DNA of 64,000 nucleotides, taken from Bdellovibrionota bacterium. GTDB taxonomy: Bacteria; Bdellovibrionota_C; UBA2361; JBGSMV01. The translations under genes and the position numbers were made by a program. Below, piece after piece: positions 58,603 through 64,000 of this stretch. The notes beneath the pieces were generated by a model. It was given only the letters and a program-made list of their open reading frames with translations. It did no database searches and had not been told where the DNA came from. The stretch lies in NCBI GenBank assembly GCA_041739995.1, contig JBGSMV010000061.1, positions 1 to 64,000 on the forward strand, given 5' to 3'. Positions within the stretch are counted from its first letter, which is position 1, and every line of letters starts with the position of its first letter.

Positions 58603-60402
58603 ATGCCGACCCCACAGGAAGAGTCTCTCCCGTTAGATCCTGGCAGGACCCCACCTCCATCTGAGGTGATTCCTCCTGATCCAGGGCTTGGCGCCGACGC
58701 CGAGCCGCCGGAGCCTGGTGAAGTTGGATTCCATGCCGGGCCACTTTCGCAGTACTCATTTAGTCTGCCGCCTGGGGTGCAAACTCCTTTACGACAAGAT
58801 GAGCTCGGGCAGGCACTTTTCTTTGAGCGCTGTCGAGCTCTTGGCGAAATTGAGCTGAACGGTGACGCAGTACATACGCTCGCGAAGCGCTACGAGCCAG
58901 TAGTGCGAGCGCATTATCTCGCAGCTTACTTAGAGGCGGGCGAGGCAGATCGCTTCGATGTTAGGGTTCGCGCAGCTTCTACCAGTGAGGAAGGATTAAC
59001 CACGTTGCTAGTTACTTTTGAGGATACTGACACAGGCAATTTCGTGCTGCCGCGACGGACTTCAGTCAGCAGCCCCGAGGGAAAGAGTTGGACTTGTGAG
59101 GTGGAAGGGGGTTCTTCTTTTTTTCAAGGTATTCTCCTGACTCATGTGGGGAGGCGCCAACTCGATGACGACAAAGTTACTATTCGATTTCGAGAGAGCT
59201 ATCTCTGCCCAAGTTTCTTGGTGAGCGCTGAACTTGCGAGGTTGTCTTGGGGCGATTGGCGCAGCCCATTCTCAAGCGAGTTTGAGGATGTTCTATCCGG
59301 ATATGGGCATTCGCTTAAGGAGGTAGTGCGAGTCAAGACTGCTGCAGATCCAATGTTCTCCCCGACCTTCATGCGATATCTGCTGGCAACAGATGATAGC
59401 GTCTTTTTCATTGGTCTTGGTGACATGAACGGTGTGGGTGTGGTGCGCACCGAGTTCGGTTTTCAGTTTAAAAGACCGCTTGTCGGTGTTCTCCAGATCG
59501 CGCCGCGACCTAATGGCAAATCAGAAAGTATTGTTTCGGTAATTAGCGATATTTCTGAGGCAGACGGCGATGTGGCTCTAGAGTCGACAGAGAGCCAGGA
59601 TCAATATCATCTGAGTAATTTGGTTCAATTGTTGAAAGAAGAGCTTCAACACAGAGTCGGCAAAGGGCTTTGGAAGGATGATTGGAAGTTGGATGTCCAT
59701 GAGCCAAGAGTTACTCCTTCTGGAGCGATTCGGTTGGCAGTGTCTATCGAAGATTCAAATGGACGCTATCAGTTGCCATGGCTGGGTGAACAGGCGGTCG
59801 GCCGCGTGCTGGAAAGCGAGAGCTTTATTGGCATCGGAGTTGAAATGAAGCTGCCTGAAAGTCTTCTGCCGTCAATAGCTGAGACTGTCTCTGATTCCGA
59901 CCAAGAGCCGTCGGGGGCGGTAGACATCAACATTAGTCATGCGTACCTCACACAGCAGCTGATGGATAATGAAGTGTCTCGTCTTTCGCACCGGCAAGTA
60001 ACTCCGCTTCCTAAGGGAGCAGATGCGGAAATCATTGTCGCAGAATCTCCTTCAGACTTAGCAAGGAGCAGCGTGTTGTTCCCTGAGCTCCAGCGAGCGA
60101 TTGGTAAGGACCTGATAGGGATGGGCTCCGTTGCCCCAGCGCAGCTTGCGGCACTTAGGTTGAAAAACATTCTAGTGGGGCATGATAGAAAAGTTCCAGT
60201 GGCTGGAATAGTCGACGTTGACTACTACCTGGTGCATGTAGAGCATCAGTGGGGCACGCATATCGTGCGATTTTCGCGCATCGATGAGTTGGGCTGCGTG
60301 CCGTTTAAGGATGCGACCACTATAGTCGGTTTCTTCCCTCGCGAATTGAACTGCTGTCGGGATCTCTCTGGCGGGGGCGAAGACGAGGAAGCCACAGTAT
60401 AG
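58603..60402 (+). CDS. Large hypothetical protein
   Basis: About 600-aa ORF with a Pro-rich N-terminus; no recognisable motif. Confidence 0.65.
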   Translation: MPTPQEESLPLDPGRTPPPSEVIPPDPGLGADAEPPEPGEVGFHAGPLSQYSFSLPPGVQTPLRQDELGQALFFERCRALGEIELNGDAVHTLAKRYEPVVRAHYLAAYLEAGEADRFDVRVRAASTSEEGLTTLLVTFEDTDTGNFVLPRRTSVSSPEGKSWTCEVEGGSSFFQGILLTHVGRRQLDDDKVTIRFRESYLCPSFLVSAELARLSWGDWRSPFSSEFEDVLSGYGHSLKEVVRVKTAADPMFSPTFMRYLLATDDSVFFIGLGDMNGVGVVRTEFGFQFKRPLVGVLQIAPRPNGKSESIVSVISDISEADGDVALESTESQDQYHLSNLVQLLKEELQHRVGKGLWKDDWKLDVHEPRVTPSGAIRLAVSIEDSNGRYQLPWLGEQAVGRVLESESFIGIGVEMKLPESLLPSIAETVSDSDQEPSGAVDINISHAYLTQQLMDNEVSRLSHRQVTPLPKGADAEIIVAESPSDLARSSVLFPELQRAIGKDLIGMGSVAPAQLAALRLKNILVGHDRKVPVAGIVDVDYYLVHVEHQWGTHIVRFSRIDELGCVPFKDATTIVGFFPRELNCCRDLSGGGEDEEATV

Positions 60403-60480
60403 CGCCACTATACCAACCCTACATATCAAGAACTCCGCCGTATCAAGAAGTGGTCACACAAGAGACAGTGGCGAGGCGCC

Positions 60481-61449
60481 TTACTCCTTCGGGTCGCGAC
60501 TTCCGGCGATCAACTGGGTGATTTTTGAAAACCCTTCTGGGAGCGATCGCATAATATCGAGTAGCTCTATCGGGAAGAATACCACCGTATTCGACGAAGC
60601 GCTGCCGAGACCGTCAATGGTTTGTAGAGTGCGAAGCTTCATGGCGCCGGGACTATTCGTCATTGTCGCTGCAGCGTCAGAAAGATTAAGCGCCGCGAGC
60701 TTGTCACCTTCTGCTTTGGTGATGGTGGCGCGCTTTTCTCGTTCCGCGCTGGCCTGCCGACTCATCATGCGCTTAAGATCTTCAGGCACATCGACATCAA
60801 GCAATCGAACTGAGTCGACGTGAATACCTATCTCCTGAACGCGTTCTTCAAGGATATTTCCGACTGCGATCTGAATCTGTTCTCGCTCAGCGAGAAGCTC
60901 GTCAAGCTGCAATCCACCGACGACGTCTCTGAGCGCGGCTTGGGCATACTGAGAGGTCGCAAAGCGATAATCTTGAACTTCAACCAGAGCGCGCCCGGGG
61001 TCAGTGACCTGGAAAAACAGGGCACCATCAATCTGCACTGGGACGTTGTCTTTGGTGATGGCACGCTGCGCGGGGATCTCTAAGGCAAGCAGGCGAGTAT
61101 CGACGAATAGCGCGCTTTCGAGGCCGGGAATGACGTAGAACATTCCAGGACCGCGCGTCCCTACGTATTTACCGAGACGAAGTACCACGCCCTTCTCCCA
61201 CTGTGCGGCGACGCGGATACCAGGGACAAATACCGATACGAAGACGATTGAGAGCACCAACATGATCAGCCCACGCGGGTTGCTCCAGCTGATGCCATAA
61301 AAATGTTCGACGGCAAAAAATACAAATACTGAGAAGAGCACCCAAGCGATGGTGCGGATGGGGGCGCCGAGCGAAACGTGCTGGTTCTCCTGAGTTTCTA
61401 TTCCCGCCGGCAGATTTGGAGTTGGATGGACGGAGGAGATTTGGTTCAT
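60481..61449 (-). CDS. SPFH/band 7 (stomatin-like, slipin) protein
   Basis: VVLRLGK, ITKDNVPV, ALRDVVG, RQASAEREKRA, LRTLQT; ATG at 61449 after AGGAG. Confidence 0.9.
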   Translation of the reverse strand: MNQISSVHPTPNLPAGIETQENQHVSLGAPIRTIAWVLFSVFVFFAVEHFYGISWSNPRGLIMLVLSIVFVSVFVPGIRVAAQWEKGVVLRLGKYVGTRGPGMFYVIPGLESALFVDTRLLALEIPAQRAITKDNVPVQIDGALFFQVTDPGRALVEVQDYRFATSQYAQAALRDVVGGLQLDELLAEREQIQIAVGNILEERVQEIGIHVDSVRLLDVDVPEDLKRMMSRQASAEREKRATITKAEGDKLAALNLSDAAATMTNSPGAMKLRTLQTIDGLGSASSNTVVFFPIELLDIMRSLPEGFSKITQLIAGSRDPKE

Positions 61450-61662
61450 TTTGGTGGCTCCTAGGTAGTCTTGGCGCGGGGTCGTTTCGCTTACGGACCG
61501 CATCCTAAGCGGCCGTAACGACGTCGTTTTCGGCTGCTATCTTGAGGATAGCGGATTCATGGCCTTACTCAAGGACACAAATTTATAAGGGCTGGTAGTC
61601 GCCAATGAGCCTAGAGGAGCGCTTCGGAGGCGATGCTATCGATCGGCTGCGAACACCTAGGG

Positions 61663-62853
61663 CTATATCACCCCAAGCTCCTTTCCGACTTTGCCAAATG
61701 CTTCGAGGGCTCGCTCGATGTCCTGGTCGGTATGCGCCGCAGACATTTGGGTTCGAATGCGAGCTGCACCCTTAGGAACGACAGGGAACGAGAAGCCGAT
61801 TACGTAGATTCCTTCTGCCAGTAACTTGTCAGCAAAATTCGACGCCAGCCGAGCGTCGCCGAGCATCACTGGGGTAATAGGGTGTGTCTCGCCTTTGATG
61901 CTGAAGCCTAGCTGCCGAATTCCCTCTCGAAAACGCGCGGTGTTTTTGGCGAGGCGAGCACGAAGCTCTGGTTGTTCGCTAATAAGTTCGAGGCACTTGA
62001 TGCTAGCCGTCACAAGGGGTGGAGGAAGGGAGTTGCTAAAGAGGTAGGGACGACTCCTCTGGCGAAGCAGCTCAATAATCTCTCCTCGTCCGCTGGTGAA
62101 TCCTCCCGAAGCACCTCCAAGCGCTTTGCCGAGTGTAGAGGTGATGACGTCAATCTCATTAAGTACGCCGCAGTGCTCTGCAGCGCCGCGTCCGTTCTTG
62201 CCAAGGAATCCAGTGGCGTGGCACTCGTCGACGTGAACCATTGCGCTAAACTCGGACGCTAGAGCGCAAATTTTATCGAGGGGCGCGATATCTCCATCCA
62301 TCGAAAACGCTCCGTCTGTGGAGATCAGGACTTTCTTGGCTCCGCCGGCACGTGCGGCTTGCAGCTGGGTCTTAAGGTCCGCCATATCCGCGTGGGTGTA
62401 GCGGAAACGCGCAGCCTTGCAGAGTCGAATGCCGTCTATGATGGAAGCATGGTTAAGCGCATCGCTGACCACCGCATCTTCTTCCCCGAGGATAGTTTCA
62501 AAGAGCCCACCGTTAGCGTCGAAACAGGAACTGTACAAAATGGTCGCGTCAGTCTCATGAAAATCAGACAGGCGTTGTTCGAGCTGCTTATGGATTGTTT
62601 GAGTACCGCAAATAAAGCGTACCGAAGCTAAGCCAAAGCCAAAAGAATCGAGACCGAGTTTTGCAGCGTCGATAATCTGCTTGTTATCGGCGAGTCCAAG
62701 GTAATTGTTGGCGCAGAAGTTCAGCACTTCGCGTCCCTGTACGCGAATAGTTGCTGCTTGTGGTGACTCGATGATGCGCTCTTGTTTGAACAAGCCAGCG
62801 TCCCGAATCTCTTGAAGCTGCGCAGAATATGCGGGTTGGGATTCGTTGAACAT
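61663..62853 (-). CDS. kbl: 2-amino-3-ketobutyrate CoA ligase (glycine C-acetyltransferase)
   Basis: [47 protein letters not shown]. Confidence 0.95.
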   Translation of the reverse strand: MFNESQPAYSAQLQEIRDAGLFKQERIIESPQAATIRVQGREVLNFCANNYLGLADNKQIIDAAKLGLDSFGFGLASVRFICGTQTIHKQLEQRLSDFHETDATILYSSCFDANGGLFETILGEEDAVVSDALNHASIIDGIRLCKAARFRYTHADMADLKTQLQAARAGGAKKVLISTDGAFSMDGDIAPLDKICALASEFSAMVHVDECHATGFLGKNGRGAAEHCGVLNEIDVITSTLGKALGGASGGFTSGRGEIIELLRQRSRPYLFSNSLPPPLVTASIKCLELISEQPELRARLAKNTARFREGIRQLGFSIKGETHPITPVMLGDARLASNFADKLLAEGIYVIGFSFPVVPKGAARIRTQMSAAHTDQDIERALEAFGKVGKELGVI

Positions 62854-62896
62854 AGAGAGCTCCTTACGATATTGCGATGTACTTGTGACCGACCGG

Positions 62897-64000
62897 TTAC
62901 GCTCCGCAGGCAACTCCTGGATTGGGAGCCATTCGTGGGCTGCTGGTGTAGCGCGCCTTGATTGAAGGGATCAGGTAAGAGCTAAAGGTTTCCTCCACCG
63001 AGAGGGAAGGTGCCCAACCCCAGTCCGCTCGTGCGGCGCGGTCATCCATGTCGGCGGGCCAGCTATCGACGATTGATTGCCGCACTGAATCCGTAGCGAA
63101 CTCGATTTTAGTTCCTGGAAATGCTGCTTCTGCGCGCGAGTGAATTTGAGCGGCGGTGATTGAAAAGGAGCTGACATTATAAGCGCGACGCGTGAGTGCT
63201 TCCTCTGGTGCTGAGAGTAAGCGGAGAATGCAATAGACGGCGTCTGGCATAGCCATGAAAGGGAGCGACGTTTCGGGGCGAACGAAGCAGGCATAGCGTT
63301 TCCCTTGAGCGGCTGCGTGCAGCATCTCTGGCCCGTAGTCGCTTGTTCCGCCGGTGGGGACCGTATCGGCGCTCAGCAGGCCGGGGAAGCGAATGCTTCG
63401 AAAGTCCAATAAATTAGAGGATCCGCCCAGCGCTTCCCTTGCGAGAGAGCCAAAGTGGGTTGAGTAGTACCGTCCCAAGTGCTCCACATAGAGCTTGTTC
63501 ATGCCGTACATGGTGATTGGAAACAGAAAGTCCTCCTCGCGTGCGGGGGCGGAGGAGAGCTTAGCCTCGAGAGAAGGCACGCCATAAACCGCGATGGAGC
63601 TGGGGAAGATAAATTTCGTTTTACTTCCGCCGTTTGCTGATCGACGAGCACTCTGCTGTCGTGCGAGCTCAAGAAGCGAAAGACTCCCATCTACGTTTAC
63701 GCGATGAGCCATGAGGGGGTCTCGTTCGCCGCCAGTGGAGAGCACCGCTGCCAGGTGGATAATGTCGGTGAAGTCGTGCTGACCGAAGAGTACCTCAAGT
63801 GCTGCGCGATCGGTAATGTCACCCGTGATACGTAACACCCGTGCACCGGATTTTGGAAGGTGTGAGTCGGTCGAGAGCGGAGTGGATCGATCCAAGAGCA
63901 CGAGGGTGTCGCCCTCGCTAAGGTCACCGCCGCTGAGACTGGATGCGGAAGAAAAGGAAGGCTTGTTTGCGCTGGTCAGAAGCTTAGTGATGCCGTGACC
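62897..64000 (-). CDS. SDR-type L-threonine 3-dehydrogenase, 5'-truncated by the window edge
   Basis: Frame stays open to 64000; [36 protein letters not shown]; directly upstream of kbl. Confidence 0.85.
   Translation of the reverse strand, partial: GHGITKLLTSANKPSFSSASSLSGGDLSEGDTLVLLDRSTPLSTDSHLPKSGARVLRITGDITDRAALEVLFGQHDFTDIIHLAAVLSTGGERDPLMAHRVNVDGSLSLLELARQQSARRSANGGSKTKFIFPSSIAVYGVPSLEAKLSSAPAREEDFLFPITMYGMNKLYVEHLGRYYSTHFGSLAREALGGSSNLLDFRSIRFPGLLSADTVPTGGTSDYGPEMLHAAAQGKRYACFVRPETSLPFMAMPDAVYCILRLLSAPEEALTRRAYNVSSFSITAAQIHSRAEAAFPGTKIEFATDSVRQSIVDSWPADMDDRAARADWGWAPSLSVEETFSSYLIPSIKARYTSSPRMAPNPGVACGA

Noticed and set aside
153..63998. Numerous 60-180-aa ORFs overlapping the called genes
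   Set aside because: They are antisense or alternate-frame shadows with no motifs or RBS support

Overview
A 64-kb bacterial chromosomal segment read in genetic code 11, with moderate GC judged by eye. It looks like a deep-branching Gram-negative lineage, possibly deltaproteobacteria-like or Bdellovibrionota (inference only). Housekeeping genes: groESL, prfA, prmC, murA, fabF, nth, panB-panD, smpB plus tmRNA, mscL, galE, kbl with an SDR-type threonine dehydrogenase, tsaC/sua5, cheY, a peroxiredoxin, and a 44-aa ribosomal protein bTHX missed by the ORF track. Peptidoglycan synthesis and recycling genes are unusually dense: LD-carboxypeptidase, a tandem two-domain plant-type Ddl, a serine hydrolase with degenerate catalytic motifs, an Asp-type MurA, an AmgK-like kinase, SpoIID and NagZ. 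The most notable unexplained items are: (1) a palindromic repeat cassette with a GIY-YIG nuclease at the tmRNA 3' end, linked by a 14-bp inverted repeat to a second structured element 3.1 kb away; (2) an orphan protein resembling a T3SS needle subunit; (3) a metallothionein-like lipoprotein; (4) a prokaryotic pentameric ligand-gated ion channel; (5) a GlmL/MutL-like ATPase pair with no mutase in view; (6) two families of about 110-bp dispersed intergenic repeats; (7) a gene split by an in-frame TGA followed by a hairpin; (8) TAG-dominated stop codon usage. I saw no CRISPR array, rRNA, intact tRNA, transposase or integrase. All family assignments come from motif recognition, not database searches.
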